A DNA stretch of 64,000 nt, from positions 26,474,001 to 26,538,000 of the forward strand of contig OY740793.1 of the NCBI GenBank assembly GCA_963514005.1. Reading direction: 5' to 3'. The translations under genes were made by a program, and so were the position numbers. Positions 1 through 13,432 of this stretch are shown one piece after another; positions within the stretch are counted from its first letter, which is position 1, and the number at the start of each line of letters is the position of its first letter. This DNA is from Raja brachyura. Lineage: Eukaryota. The notes below the pieces were generated by a model. That model made no database searches. It saw only the letters and a program-made list of their open reading frames with translations, and had not been told where the DNA came from.

Positions 1-1539
1 ATTATAGTATCAGCTTTGCTCAGTGTTCAACATGAAGCCAACTAACAACGGAGTAACGGTCAGTCTAGGGCTTTGTAAAATATTTTAAAGATTTGCAATT
101 GTGTAATTTATTGCATATTTTAATTTTTATTAATGGATTACGTTTTTCCCCGTTAGATATGATAAAGCACATCATGATTCCAAAGGTATAAAGAATTTGG
201 GATGTTATGCTTTGCATGAATGTTAGTCAAAGTATGCTGCTCGTGGCTTTAAAATGCCTTTGTGATCCCAACCAGACAGAATTTATAGTGTAACTGATGA
301 TGGAAACATTGCCTTCCTACATCTGATCACATAAAGACCATTAGAGCTTCATTCAAGCTGCAGTTAAACTGGCAAGAGTCATTTGTAACTTTTGAATATA
401 AGATACAACATTCAGAACCTGGTGATAAGACTTTTATACTTGTATTTATTATGTACTTTCATCTATTGGATCTCCACTGAATATTACGCTAATAATCGGC
501 TCAATATTACTCGCTATCCACCCCAGCAAAATAATTGCATTATTGCCCTCAATTAATTCTTCCCCCTGCCACACTATTTGCTCCCATTGCCATGCAATAG
601 TGCTGGACTTCCTTTAGTCAACCTATCCCAAGTCAAACACTTTCCAACCACACATAGATGTTGATGTGCTTCCCTCCCATAGCCTGGCTCTGATGCCCCC
701 GACTATCCTTTTGTGTCAGGATACAAGTTCCTTTATCATGCATCAGTGCCAGGCTCTGAAACCCCACCTCCCCAGGCCACTGTAACACCCGATGGGACCT
801 GTGACTCGCTTGCCGTCTTGACCACTTCTCCCATCCCCATCACCAATCCCATCCATCCCACTTAGCCTCTGAACATAGAACCGGGCAGCTCATTTTTGAC
901 TGGACAATTTGCAACACTTGGTCATCAGTATTATAGCCTTGAGCAGTGGGTGCATCTGAAATTTGCAGAGGGCAACCAACGACTGGAACATTTGGGCACC
1001 ATCTGCTACATCCATTTAGCACGCGTTTTTTGGATACACCGGAGTTCATAGATGATCATAAAATCTGTTACATCAAAGTCCAGAAGGTGAGCAGGTAAAG
1101 ATGTGGGATTATTTGTGGAATGTAGATGACAATGTGACAAGATGACAATGTGACTTTCAATATTAAATCGTGTATTGCTCTGTCATCAATTCATCTTTGT
1201 TCATCATGCTCTTGAACGGTGCTTGAGGAAAGATCACCCTCTTGTTACACCATCCATCCATATCTATCCTCTCTCTCCAAGCCACTTTTTTCCCTGTAAG
1301 TAACCGACAGTTAACTTACTATTATACTCAAACTTTCCTCTGTTGACTTTTATCTGTCCATTCACTGAAAATCACTTATTTGTTTACAACTGTACAACCA
1401 ATCTCGTCAATATTGAAGCCCTTAATCCCAATAAAATGATTACTCTCTCTCTCTCATCTGGCTATAATCCCCACACATCTTGCTTCTCTACTCCCTTAAA
1501 TTGATGGGATTCATATTTAACAAATTATTCATTGTAAAA

Positions 1540-4080
1540 GTGGGAAGATTTAAAAGAGCAGCGATTCATTGGCTCATTGAGAGGCACCACATCCAATAAG
1601 AGGCTGCGTGCTGAGGTGGAGTGCTCTGTTTGACAGTAAGTGTGGAGGTTTTTACTCAAGAGGCTTAAGCGAGGAGACTGACCAGAGTGACGACAAAATA
1701 AGGTAATACCCATTTTTTGTTACCACCTTCTTTCATCTAAATGCACTTGGCATAGCAGTTAAGGCAGCAGTATGCTCCCGTTGCCGGATGTGGAAAGTCT
1801 GAGAAACTTTCAGAGGTCCTGAGGACCTGTGGAAGGTGCATCCAGCTGCATCTCCTTACTGACCCTATGAAGAAAATGAAGCTGTAACTGGACGACCTTG
1901 GGATTGTCATCGAGACTGAGAGTATCATAGACAGGAATTACATTGAGTTGGTCACACTAGAGCTACAGACAGAAAGTAGACAGGTAACCACCAGGAAAGG
2001 TAAAAGCAAAAGGCAAAGAGTTCAGGAATCTCCTGTGGCAATTCCTCTTGAAAAATCATATTCCCTTTTGGATACTGTTGGGGGGGTTAACAGTGTCGAG
2101 AAAGCAGCAGCAGCCATGTCTGTAGCACCAGTTCTGGCTCTGAGGCGTAAAAAAGTGGAGTGGTCAGACAGGGCTATAGTCTCATTTATAGGAGACTCAA
2201 TGGTTAGGGGAGCAGACAGGAGATTCTGTGGCAGCAACTGGACTCCAGGATAGTGTGTTGCCTCTCTAGTGCCAGAGTCTACAATGTCTCCGATCGGCTG
2301 CCAAGCAGTCTCAAGTGGGAGGGTAAGTTGTTGGGCATATTGGTTCTAGAAATGTAACTACTATTACTAAGTACTACTCTTGTAAGTAGGAAAAGGGATG
2401 GGGTCTGGTGGAGTGAATATAGGAAGCTAGGAACTAAGTTAAAAAACAGGACCTCATTGGTGGTAAATTCTAGATTACTCCCAGCGGCACATGCTAGTGT
2501 GGGCAGGAATAATAGGATAGGCCAGATGAATAAGTGACTACAGGGGGCAGGAATTCAGGTTTTTGGATCACTGGGATATAATCTGGTAACCTGTATAGGT
2601 TACATCTGAACTAGGGGACCAATATCATGGGAGGGAGATACACTTGTATTACTCAGGAGGGTTTAAACTAGATTGGCATAGGGGAGGGTCTCAGAGCAGA
2701 AATAAGATGTCAGGGGCAAAAACTGTGATCAAAGTGAGCAAGATTAGCAGATAGAACAGGCAAGTACATGACAAAGAGAGAGGAAAGGGTGTTGGTTAAA
2801 CTATATTTATTTCAATGGTGTGTGTGGGGGAGGGGGGTGTATGGGGGAGGGGGGTGTGGGGGAGGGAGGCATCAGTGGGGGACGGGGTGTGTGTGGGGGA
2901 GGGGGAACCTTCAAAACCGTCATAACTTTTGTACTATTTCACCGATCAGAACAAAACGTATTTGGCTTGCAGCAGAGGAGAATGGTGAGTAAGGTGGCAA
3001 AAAATCGTAGCGCTATGGGGGGTCATTTTTGCGTAAATTTAATTACAACGCAGACAGGAAGTGGTCTAGATGAGAGTTTTAGTAATATATATAGATAGAT
3101 ATAGATGGATAGATGGATAGATAGATATTCATGGGGGATCATCCAGTGAAGTTTCACGACTAGAATTTTGAAACAAAAAGGGAATGATCACTTAGATGGG
3201 ATTGTTTTATAGGCCTCCAAATAGTCTGCATGAACTTGTGGAGCAAATGTGTAAGGAGACTGCATATTTTAAAAAAATGAATAGAGCAGTGTTAGGAGAT
3301 TTCAACTTCCCTAGTATTGACTGGGTCACTAATTGTGTAAGGGGCTTGAATAGGGTGGAATTTGTCCATGAAAGTTTATTTAATATATAGAGGACCCTAC
3401 TAGAATGAATGCAACACTGGATCGCCTCTGAGGGAAGGAGATGGGGCAAGTGACTGCAGTATCATTGGGGGAACACTTTGCGACCAGTGACCATAATTCT
3501 ATTAGTTTTAAAGCAGTTATGGAGAGGGCAGCACTGGCCCACAAGTTAAGATCATAAATTGGAGCAAGGCCGATTTTGGTGGCATTAGGCGAGAACTTGC
3601 AGAGATCTATTGGGAAAGTATTTTTGCAGTTAAGGAGATGGCTGGCAAATGGGAGGCTTGGCAGTGGGATAGAAAGAATATTGGAACGATATGTTCCTGT
3701 TCCGGTGACGGTCAAGACTGGCAGGTTAGGGCAGCTTAATTGACAAGAGATTAAGTTGAACTTGAACAACTACATCAATCATGGTGAGACCATACTTGGA
3801 GTATTATGTATTATTCAGGTCACCCAGCTATAGGAAGAATGTCATTAAGTTGGAAAGAGTGCAAAAATGATTTTCTGGCTAGATAGGCTGGGATGTTTTT
3901 TTCTTTGGTGTGTGGGAGGCTGAGGGGTGAAGTTGATGAGCTGTACAAAATCAGGAATGGCATGGATAAAGAGAATGCTCACATTTGTCCCAGAATAGAG
4001 GATTCTAAAACTAGAGGGCATGGGCTTAAAGTATGAGGGGAGAGATTTAAGAGGATATTGGGAACATCTTTTTAACTCAG
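1540..4080 (+). mobile_element. Degraded CR1-clade (HER1-like) LINE: ORF1 zinc finger and SGNH esterase, ORF2 endonuclease, internally deleted RT 3' end
   Basis: AVCSRCRMW..CGRCIQL near 1770-1850; IGDSMVRGADRRFCG near 2188; APE motifs GLFYRPPNS, VLGDFNFPSIDW and SDHNSISF at 3196-3510; CR1 ORF2 C-terminal remnant (RPYLEYY, KLERVQK) at 3785-4080; many stops and frameshifts. Boundaries approximate. Confidence 0.85.
2820..3127 (-). mobile_element. Probable non-autonomous Helitron-like fragment inserted into the CR1
   Basis: Minus strand begins (ATCT)n-TCTATATATATTACTAAAACTCTC, resembling animal Helitron-N 5' ends. It interrupts the CR1 between ORF1 and ORF2 and grades into a G-rich tract. No 3' CTRR end is seen. 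Confidence 0.45.
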
Positions 4081-4660
4081 AGTTTAGTTTAGTTTATTAC
4101 TGTCATGTGCACTGTGATAAGCATTTTGTTGATTGCTATCCAGTCAAAGACTATACATAATGACAATCAAGACAATGTACAGATACAAGATAAAGGGTCT
4201 AACATTTAGTGCAAGATAAACTCCAATTAATGATAGTTTGAAGGTTTCCAATGAGGTAGATGGGAGGTCAGGACCACACTATAACATGTGGTTCAGTTGC
4301 CTGATGAAGGGTCAGATTCCGTGTTGTATATCTCTATTAGTGTATGAGTCTAAATTAAAGACACTCACTACCAGATCTAGCTGGAACATCTAGGGCACAA
4401 TTGGGTCTGATTTTATGTGCCCACAATTGTTGTTATTATCTACCCCATTGGAGACCATCGGACTATCTTTCATTGGACTTTACTGAACCTTATCTTGCAC
4501 TAAACATTATTCTCGTTATTTCCTTTATCATGTTTCTGTATGCTGTGGATGGCTCGATTATAATCATGTATAATATTTCCGCTGTCTGGTTAGCACGCAA
4601 CAAAAGCTTTTCACTGTACCTCGGTACCTGCAGAAATAAACTAATCTAAACTAAACTAAA
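4081..4660. mobile_element. Two LINE 3' UTR/tail fragments (Rex1/L2-type) in inverted orientation
   Basis: 4081-4262 starts (AGTTT)n and is the diverged reverse complement of 4438-4660, which ends AATAAACTAATCTAAACTAAACT. A similar tail is at 31260-31487. Confidence 0.6.
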
Positions 4661-4699
4661 TGCAACATAATGTTAGCCACCAGGTTATTCTCTCCAATT

Positions 4700-5350
4700 C
4701 AAAACTTTACAAACTTTCTCGACTGTTTTCGTTGCTCCACCTCCAGGAACTAAGATGAGAATTCCATGGATCATTTTGTCACAAAAAACAACTAACTGTA
4801 GTCTCTGTTGTTTCTGTCCCATCCCCCTGCCTACCAGGAATTTGCTTTCTGGTTTTCTTCATCCCAAACTCTGAACTGAGATCTTTCCCCTGGTTCTCTC
4901 CCATCCCTGCCCATGTAATCTCTGAGCCTATCTTCTCCCTGAGACCCACCTTCTGCCTCATGGACCTTATTTCTATCAAAATGCTGACCACCAACTTCAC
5001 ATCCTTGCCTGTTGAATGATTTTCTTGATCATTTTCTCTCCTCGTGTTCTGGTCGTTGGGTCCTTCAAATCTAGCAATGTTGTCCCTCTTCACAAACATC
5101 TCTCCTTGATTCCTGTTTTCTGCAAACTACCATTCCATTTCGAACCACAGTTCCTATTGCCTCAAACAACATCCCTTAAGGCTTTGACATGAGCACCTGT
5201 CTTACCTTGGCCTTCTCAAATTATCTGCAGACTTCAATGCATTTGATGACATCATTCTTCTCCAAACTACCTCAGTTGTTCTGTTGAGTAGAACTGCAGT
5301 TGTCTAGTACCTTACCTATTCAAACGTAGCAAGTGAATCAACAATAATAA
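4700..5350 (+). mobile_element. Old L2-like LINE RT remnant
   Basis: Degenerate ANYHSISN (cf. NYRPISN) near 5122 and LLKLSADFNAFDD (cf. LLDLSAAFDTVDH) near 5212. Confidence 0.5.
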
Positions 5351-5795
5351 TATCTCTTAGAAGGCTCTATTGTTGCTGTTGGGGGGGGGGGGGGGGCGTG
5401 AAAATCAGTACAGGACCTTCAACTATTTATGTCATATAATAATAACTCGGATTAAAGCCAGTTCAAATAAACTTATTCCTAATGATTGACTGTGACTTTG
5501 CACATATGTGTTTAGTACAGAGTGCACAAATGGGACCTCCCACAGATAGCATCATCAAAAAGAAATTAAAAAATCTTTATGGGTACATTTGAACATAACT
5601 GGAGAAACAGCTAAAAGTTTGAGACTTTAATAACTGTTTGAAATTAATTCAATATGCAATTTAGTTTTGATGTTAGCAGAAGTAAGGTTGTTAAAACAGT
5701 GGAAAAGAAAAGTCAACTTTCTCCTTGCTTATATATTTTGTAAGGTGTCAAATTGAAAATGTAGTGTCGCAATGGTTAGATACATACATCTTTTA

Positions 5796-5987
5796 CGGGC
5801 TCCACCCTTCCTTGGTCATACGATGCCAGCCCTGATTTGTTCTGGCCTTTTCTTACCTCCAGTTCCCTCTCCACTACTTTCAGTCTGAAGAAAGGTTCCG
5901 ACCCAAAACGTCACCCATCCCTTTTCTCCAGAGTTGTTGCCTGACTGACCTGCGAAGATACTCCAGCACTTTCTGTCTATCTTTCTG
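5796..5987 (+). mobile_element. Penelope-derived 3' end unit with degenerate hammerhead core
   Basis: CTGAAGAAAGGTTCCGACCCAAAACGTC at 5885-5912 followed by the family tail; flanked by the 9-bp direct repeat CATCTTTTA (5787-5795, 5988-5996). Confidence 0.75.
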
Positions 5988-6799
5988 CATCTTTTATTAC
6001 TTTAATTTAGTTAATCATTTTGCTTATATACATGTGTTTGAGTATGATTCAAATATTAAATATTAGTCACACATACATCACTGGTAAATGAGAAAAAAAG
6101 ACATTTTCTAATAACAGTAAAAACATGTATAAAATTTGCAGTGTGTTTTATACGATAAAACTAATCCGAGTTCAGTTAAAATGGTAATTAAATTCCTAAA
6201 ACTTAGCAATGAAATGATAACTATGTTTATAAAGCATGCAAAATATGCACGTTATTAGAATTATCTAAACGGAATATCAACCAATTCAAGTTATAATCTT
6301 TTTTTTGTCACTACAGCAGTAGTAACAGCGGAGCTCTTTGACATGATGTGAAGTTGACAAGTTCCTTTTGAAGAAGGATATGGCCATTTTAAATGAAGTT
6401 TAAAGGGGTCAGATCCAAGATTTAAAAGGGCAATGCAGATCTCTTCCAGTAATAGTGTAAAATAGATTTTACTTAGAACTTACTCTTCAGCACAGTTTTT
6501 TACCACACCACTGAAATTAATATTTATTTGGGGAATTTTTTTTTGGTTGCAGATCAGATATTATGTTTTAAACTAGAATTAATATTTTGCGCATTTTTCA
6601 GAGTACCATAAATTATTTATTTCGGCTCTGTTCCTGACATCGTACTTTAGTTCTCTGACCCCAATTAGACATGCCTGCGCAACATGTTAGCACTAACAGT
6701 GTGACAAGTCTGAGTGTATTAGAAACATAGCAGTGGAACAGTGATGACACTTGGGGGGCCAAAAAGGATACAAGTTTCTGTTTGTCATTCTGTCTGACT

Positions 6800-7420
6800 T
6801 GATGGTTCATTCTCAATTTAACTTTATCTTCAGCTGTCTTTTATCTTCTTTCTGTGTGTACGCCCCACATGCCACTGGCACACTCTCCACATTTCTCTCT
6901 CCAATATTACCGTTTTCCACTTGCAGTATGTGTTCCTTTCTCTCCTCTTCTCTTTGTTGTATTTCCTCCTCTGTCCACTTTGCTTTCTCCCATGCTTTTC
7001 TCTTTTAACTTTTCATTTGTCTTTAATTCTTCTCCCCATTGCTCTCTCTCTTTGGTTTCTTCTGTTGGGGATTCATTCACTGTCACTTTCCCCATGTTGT
7101 CATCCCTTCCCTTTGATTTGCTCTCCCATTTAACATACAGGTATTTTCTCATTCTTTTGATTTGATTCTGATGCTTTTCAATTCACTTTCTCAGTCCTTT
7201 TTATCGTGTGCTTTTTTATTTCTCATTGATCGCCTCATCTCTCATGAATTCAGATTTGTGTCACTAATATATTTTTTAAGATCTTTCCCTATCCCTTTCT
7301 GTTCCTGTTTGACAAATTGTGATTTACTTTCATTGACAGCCATTTTCATATGCATGCCCTCTATTTTTATCTTCCTGACCCCCAATCTTCTGTTTAGCTT
7401 TAATTCCTGCACACCCTTCA
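6800..7420. repeat. Pyrimidine-rich low-complexity tract
   Basis: Strong T/C bias on the + strand; overlapping ORFs are F/S/L-rich artefacts. Confidence 0.6.
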
Positions 7421-7477
7421 TTGTCAATAAACTGTGTCTCCAGACAATACCATCTCAAATCCATCCAATGCTATTGG

Positions 7478-8100
7478 CAGCATTGTGGCACTGCAGGTAG
7501 TACTGTAGGCCTACAACTCAAGACGCCTGGATTCATTCCTGACATCTGGTGCTGTCTTTATCAACTTTCCATATTCTTCTAGCGACTGCATTGATTTCCA
7601 GTGGATGCAGCAATTTCCTCGTAGTAATAAGTTCATAAATTCAAGGAGCAGAATTAGGCCATTCGGCCCATCATGTCTACTCCACCAGTCAATCATGGTT
7701 GATCTACCTTTTCCTCTCAACCCAATTCTCCTGTTTTCTCTCCATAACCCCTGACACTCTTACTAATCAAGAAACTGTCAATCTCCACCTTAAAAATATC
7801 CAATGACCTGGCTTCCACAGCCGTCCGTGGTAATGAATTCCACAGATTGTTCTAATTAGTAGGTTATTGTTATTAGCCATATGATTTAGATTCAGTGCCG
7901 ATAGTGATATTTTTCCCTTTTTGGGTAGTGTGTGATCTGGTGGGAATATCCCCTATATATGATCCATAGTGTATGTGGTTAGAAGAATTAGGGGGATTGC
8001 TGGGCATGTGAGAAATATTAAGTTACAGGGAAATAAGTGGGGGAATGGGATTGTTCTGAAAGGCAGTATTGATTTGATGGGCTAAATGGCCTCTTCCCTG
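7478..8100 (+). mobile_element. Degraded HE1-like SINE interrupted by an antisense CR1 3' end (~7625-7847)
   Basis: SINE head (..GCCTGGATTCATTCCTGACATCTGGTGCTGTC) then an antisense CR1 tail (GGAGCAGAATTAGGCCATTCGGCCCATC..GAATTCCACAGATT); SINE-like sequence resumes and ends GATGGGCTAAATGGCCT. Confidence 0.55.
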
Positions 8101-8417
8101 TGAGAAATATGTTACTCACCAAGGTACTTTGACAACACTTCCCAAGCTGCATCCTATCACACATATCGACAAATAGCTCCTTCCTATGAACACCACCACT
8201 TGCAGTTTCCCTCCAGATTGCACACTATCCAGAAAGGGAAATATATCACTATTGGCACTGACTAAATCGTATAGCTAATAACAACACAGACAGAGGCATT
8301 CCACCTTTTGGTTCCGTATCCACTCCCAGGGTATCATTCCAATTTGTTCCTTTTGTCTTTTCCTTACAACTTGTTCTCTCTCATCAACTTTGCTTCGATT
8401 CTTTTTGCCATTTAAGT

Positions 8418-8628
8418 GCACTAAGGGGGAATTTACAATAGCCAGTTAACTTACTTGTACATCTTTGTGATGCGGGAGGAAACTGGAGCACCTGAATGTA
8501 AGATCACCTGGAGGAAACCCATGTGATCGCGGAGTGAAGTTGCAAACTTCATACAAAGGCATTAAGGCTCAGGATTGAACTTGGGTTTCTGGAACTGTGA
8601 GGGATCAGCAGTGACTGCTTTTCCACCC
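8418..8628 (-). mobile_element. HE1-like SINE fragment
   Basis: GGGAGGAAACTGGAGCACC..GAAACCCATG..CAGGATTGAACTTGGGTTTCTGG, antisense to the 40262 copy. Confidence 0.7.
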
Positions 8629-9378
8629 TGGAATACGTCTTCTAACAGCACTGTGGAAGTATCTTCAACGTAGGAGTGCAGTGGTTCCAGAAGGTTGAGC
8701 CAAAGGGCCCATTTCCAAACTTTATCACTCTAAGTGACTCAAGCACAATTAGGATAGGCAATATATTCTGCCATACCCATGACACCAAATCCTGTAAATT
8801 AATATGAGAACAACGCTTTGTATGCATGTGTCCTCATCTGTCTTGTCAAGAAGAAGTATTTCTTTGGTTGTTTGTGATTTTCCATCTTCTTCTTTCACAC
8901 ACCTCTGTCTCTCCACTGCAGTTTCTCCAATTGTTGTTCTATGTTTTCATTTCCTGGACTCTGTTTAGTACTTATTTCATCAACTTAAACCGTTAAGTAA
9001 AGTGAAGAGCTATAATGATTTTTTTTTTTTAATTACGTAGCTCTTGCCAATGCCTGATCAAAGATGATTAAAGTGTACAGACGCAGGAAGTCTCGGATTT
9101 AATTCACACTTTGTACTTTGTTTCCTATGCTCAATAATATATATAGGATTATTATAATATGCTGTAGTATCTCTGTGTTTACTTACTTGTAATGAAACAG
9201 AAAGATCTATGCCAGCTCCCCAGCAGAGTAATCCCTTCAATCTCATTCATCCTCCCTATTTCCTTGCTGTTTTATTGGTCAAGAGAAGAAAAAGCAAACT
9301 TCCTAAATAAAATATAGCAACCTCTGTTGGAGTTTGTGTAAAAACATCAGACAAGGATAAGATTGGGCTTTTGAAGAA

Positions 9379-9764
9379 ACAAGGAACTGCGGATGCTGGT
9401 TTACACAAAAGGATACAAAGTGTAGGATGGAAGTGCAGATGCTGGTTTACACCGAAGATAGACACAAAATGTTGGAGTAACTCAGATTGTCTGAGGAAGG
9501 GTCTTGACCTGAAACACCACCCATTCCTTCTGTCCAGAGATGCTGCCTGTCCCGCAGAGTTACTACAGCATTTTGTGTCTATCTTAAAGGGCAATAAGTG
9601 CTGGAGTGACTCAGTAGGTCAGCTAGCAACTCTGGAGAACATGGAAAGGTAATGTTTTGGGTCGGGACCTTTCTTAAGACTGAGTGATCCGAAACATTAC
9701 CTTTCCATGTTCTCCAGAGATGCGGCTTGACCCGCTGAGTTATTCCAGAACTGTGTGGCTTACC
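9379..9764. mobile_element. Composite fold-back Penelope-derived unit with 14-bp target-site duplication
   Basis: Two head-to-head arrangements of the family repeat; GGGCTTTTGAAGAA at 9365-9378 and 9765-9778. Confidence 0.8.
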
Positions 9765-10019
9765 GGGCTTTTGAAGAAGAAAACTTGTATTTATTTCTCT
9801 TTATGGTCCACCTTTCTTTGGGTGGATGTAAATAATAACATTTCATTTTTTGTCTGATTTCACATATCAACCTGTATTTTCCCATCTTAGGCTACAAATG
9901 AAAGTTGAGTGAAGCAGGCACCAGATATCTGCAAATCTTCACAGTTCAGCCATGATAGAGGGTCAGAATGAGAGAAAAGAGCTTCCTAGCAGTTTGTACC
10001 AGGGCATTGATTGACCGAT

Positions 10020-10308
10020 TGAAAGATATAGCATGGAAACGGGCCCTTTGCCCACTGAATACATGCTGTTCTCACTAGTTCCATGTCTTCCCACTTTCTC
10101 ATCCACTCTCATGCCCCTGTAGGGGGAAAATAAAGAGGTCAAATAACCCACAAAGCCATGCGCCATGGGGTGTGGGAGGAAACTAGAGCACCTGGACGAA
10201 ACCCAGGTAGTCACAGGGAGAAAGTGCAAACTCCACACAGAGAGCAAGTGATGTCCGGATTGAATTGAGGTCTCTGGTACTTTGTGGCAGCAGCTCTACC
10301 AGCTGTAA
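10020..10308 (-). mobile_element. HE1-like tRNA-derived SINE
   Basis: Antisense match to the 40262-40555 copy (GGAAACGGGCCCTT..GGGAGGAAACTAGAGCACC..GCAGCTCTACCAGCTG). Confidence 0.75.
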
Positions 10309-10319
10309 CATTGGGGGAG

Positions 10320-11110
10320 GAGGAGTCACAAACAAATGTCCAAATGACAGCAAAATAAATGGCTAATCATTTCAAACTGAGGTATGCAGGTACATCTTCT
10401 CTCAGAGGATGCTGAATCAAAGGAATTGTTTGTCCCCAAGGCCAGATCATTCGAAACATTTAAGGTGGAGATAACTAAATATTGAAAAGACCAAGAAACA
10501 GATGGTGATGAACACCAAGAAACAGAAGAAGAGTTGAGGCCCAGATAGATCAGCCATGACCATATTGAGTGGTGGGCCAGGCTTAAGGTGGCCTGGCAGC
10601 CTACCCCTACTCCAGATAGTGAAGATGGTTGTTAAAAATTGCACCAGGAACTTGATCAATTGGCCAAGGGGCCTGAGGAATGGTTGATAGAATTTAATGC
10701 AGAAAAATGTGAGGTGTTGCGTTTCGGGAAGTTTAAAATGGACAGGACCTACACCGTGAATGGGTAGTGTTGCAGAGCAGAAGGATCTAGGAGTGCAGGT
10801 GCATATTTTCCTGAAGGTGGAGTTGCAGGTAGATTGGGTGGTCAAAAAGGCTTTTGGGCATATTGGCCTTCATCAGCCAGAGTATTGAGTATAGAAGTCG
10901 GGAGGTCATGTTTCAGTTGTATAAGATGTTGGTGAGGCAGGGACTGTTCCGATATCTAAGAAACAGTTAGACAGGTACATGGATAGGACAGGTTTGGAGG
11001 GATATGGACCAAATGCTGCGCAGGAGGGTCTAGTGTAGCTGGGACATGTTGGCCGGTGTGGGCAAGTTGGGCCGAAGGGTCAGTTTCCACACTATATCAC
11101 TCTATGACTC
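10320..11110 (+). mobile_element. CR1 LINE ORF2 3' fragments and 3' tail
   Basis: WLIEFNAEKCEVLRFG, EQKDLGVQVH, QSIEYRSREVMFQLYKMLVR, then the CR1 3' UTR (GGCCGGTGTGGGCAAGTTGGGCCGAAGGG). Confidence 0.8.
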
Positions 11111-12399
11111 CTGCTGCCATTTTTCTTGTCTGGCTGTCCTTGTGTTCATTGGAAGCTGTTCATTATTTTCTGACATTAAAATCACACAGTGGATTTATAA
11201 TTTAATTTGCAAGGCTTTTGAAATGGCAATTACTGGACAAAAAAAATGACAGGATGGTGGCAATGCAAATGCAGCTGTTTCAGCAAAGATATTCACTGGT
11301 CTTAAAATGATCATTCTCACGCACAAGTTTTGCCTGACAAGCAACAATATTAATGAAAATACTGAATCGTCGTTGCATCTGGGGGGTGGGGGGGGGGGGG
11401 GGGGAGTACAAAGGGTAGCCCCGTGATGAGGTGTAAGGCAAGAGAGATTAAATGACAAAAAGCATGATGGTGCAGGGAAAAGGGGATGATAATGGAACGT
11501 GTAGAAGGAAATGCTTGGTATTGAAAAGGTGTAAATGGGAGTAGCATAGATCAAATTAATCAACTCCGTGTTGAATTCAAAAGATTGGGTACAGTTCCTT
11601 GAATTTCACTTGAACAATGTAAAAAGACCAGGCCCAGAAAGGTCAGAGTGGGAGTGGTATAGAGTCTCCAGGCTCTGACAGTGACAGGCGACGAGCAGAC
11701 TCTATAAAGGTGTTCCACGACGTGCATTGGTGTCTCTAAAAGGAAGGAAAACTTGTGTCGTGTAGCGAATACTAAATAGAAAGAAGCACAAGTAAACTGC
11801 CCATTGCTCTCAGACTACATAAACGAACGCCTTTGCAAATGGAAGAGACCATTAGAGAATTCGTTTATTTAGAAAATCTGCACTGCATGGAAAGAACTGC
11901 GCTGCATTGACGGTTTATACAGAATGAGTATTATTTTGCATCGAGTGTTAAAGAGTTCCATAACTGCAAGTGTTCCACCACATTGTAGTTCATCATGGGT
12001 ATTTTTTTGCCAGAGGGCTAATATGATTACTGTGTTCTACTTAATCTGGAATATTCAGGTTATGTTTAAAGTGTGTCCCATTATTCCACGATGACCCACG
12101 ACATCCTTCTACACTTTAGTATTCCCGAGGTCCTCATTGCCTCCCTCAGCCCTACCTTGGACCATTTTTGAAAGGCAAACAAAAAATGAATACGTTATGG
12201 TCGACACTTGGTTGCAAACTTTGATGGGTGAGTTGCGAATCGGCATTTTGTTGCTGACCGATTGCCCGTGATACGACAGTGTTTCTGGTGCAACTGTGAA
12301 CACCTGGTGGCTCAGAGTCTGTAACTTAAGTATGGTGCGACACAAGATGGTGATTGCGAGCATGCGAGAGTGAAGTTCCTAACGGGGGGAGGATGTATA

Positions 12400-12571
12400 T
12401 CTCTGGACTTGCAACATGGAACACTGCCTCAAATTCTTTCCCATACGCGGGTCTCTTGAGAAACTTACCAGTCTCTCTGTAGAAGTTAGTGTTTAAGATG
12501 TGATTCTAAGAAAGATTTGTCACCCCGAGCTATTTCTGGTCCCCGGGGACGGGATCGGAGCTACTCCAGTG
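12400..12571 (+). other. Candidate non-coding first exon A (start approximate)
   Basis: Donor CAGTG|GTGAGT at 12571/12572 inside the CpG region. Confidence 0.4.
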
Positions 12572-12999
12572 GTGAGTTGCCCCCTCCGAGCTGGAATCCT
12601 TTGCCCCGTCAACCCTCTCCCTCCACCGTCAGCCTCGGTTTATTCTATTGCAGTGGGGATATCCGGACCGGCCATTACATGTAAGATTCTGTGTGCCGTT
12701 TTGCTAGTTACTGAAATGCTGCTATTAATGAATGCTACTTTAAAAAATAATTGTTTGGTGTATTAACAATTTATGGGCCCCACTTGGTTAAACCACTCCA
12801 GTTACACAAAAAATCATTACCCTACAAGGTGGGATTTTGCAACAACAAAAAAAATGCAAGTCGCCAGCACTTTACCTCGAAACGATTTTTAAAAAGTGAT
12901 GACAAATGCCGGGCTGACAGTAAATAGAGGGTCTAGGTGGGAAGGGACGTAGCCCTTTTAAGGGTGGAGGAGGTTGTTGATACAGATGACGGAAATTGT

Positions 13000-13162
13000 G
13001 TTACAGGGCGGCGGCGTGGCTGCGCAAAGAGACTCCGGGGAAATCTCAATTTCTTCACCGATCACCCCGACAGATATAACTGGCCGCTGTTTCTCCCCGT
13101 CCCCGAGATCGTCCGGGAGCAAAGGGGACGGCGAGAGCTTCCGTAACTAATAGGCCCTGAAG
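13000..13162 (+). other. Candidate non-coding first exon B (start approximate)
   Basis: Strong donor GAAG|GTAAGA at 13162/13163 followed by a G-rich intron start, typical of CpG-island first exons. Confidence 0.55.
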
Positions 13163-13392
13163 GTAAGACTGTACCGGGAGTGGGGTGGAGGGAGAGGAGG
13201 GGAGGGGAGGGCGGGTGGTGGTGGTGGCGGCGGGGGAGAGATCGTGGCTTGCTTTGTTTCTGCTACTGCTGATGGCTTGGGGATCGCAGGCTAGAGGGAG
13301 AGAGATTGGGAAATGCATGCAGCGCAGTTGGCCGGGAAGCGCAGCGCAAGGGTGCGAGTTGCGAGCGATCCCTGGGCAGGCAAGCCTCCGCT

Positions 13393-13396
13393 CACA

Positions 13397-13431
<35 letters not shown>
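13393..13431. repeat. (CA)n microsatellite
   Basis: CACACAAACACACACACA...CACACGCAC. Confidence 0.95.

Positions 13432-13432
<1 letters not shown>

Noticed and set aside
258-336. C/D snoRNA candidate (TGATGA at 296, CTGA at 323, TGTGATC/GATCACA stem)
   Set aside because: No C box next to the 5' stem, and the TGATGA-CTGA spacing is too short.
6751-7500. Hydrophobic ORFs resembling membrane proteins
   Set aside because: Artefact of the pyrimidine-rich low-complexity tract.
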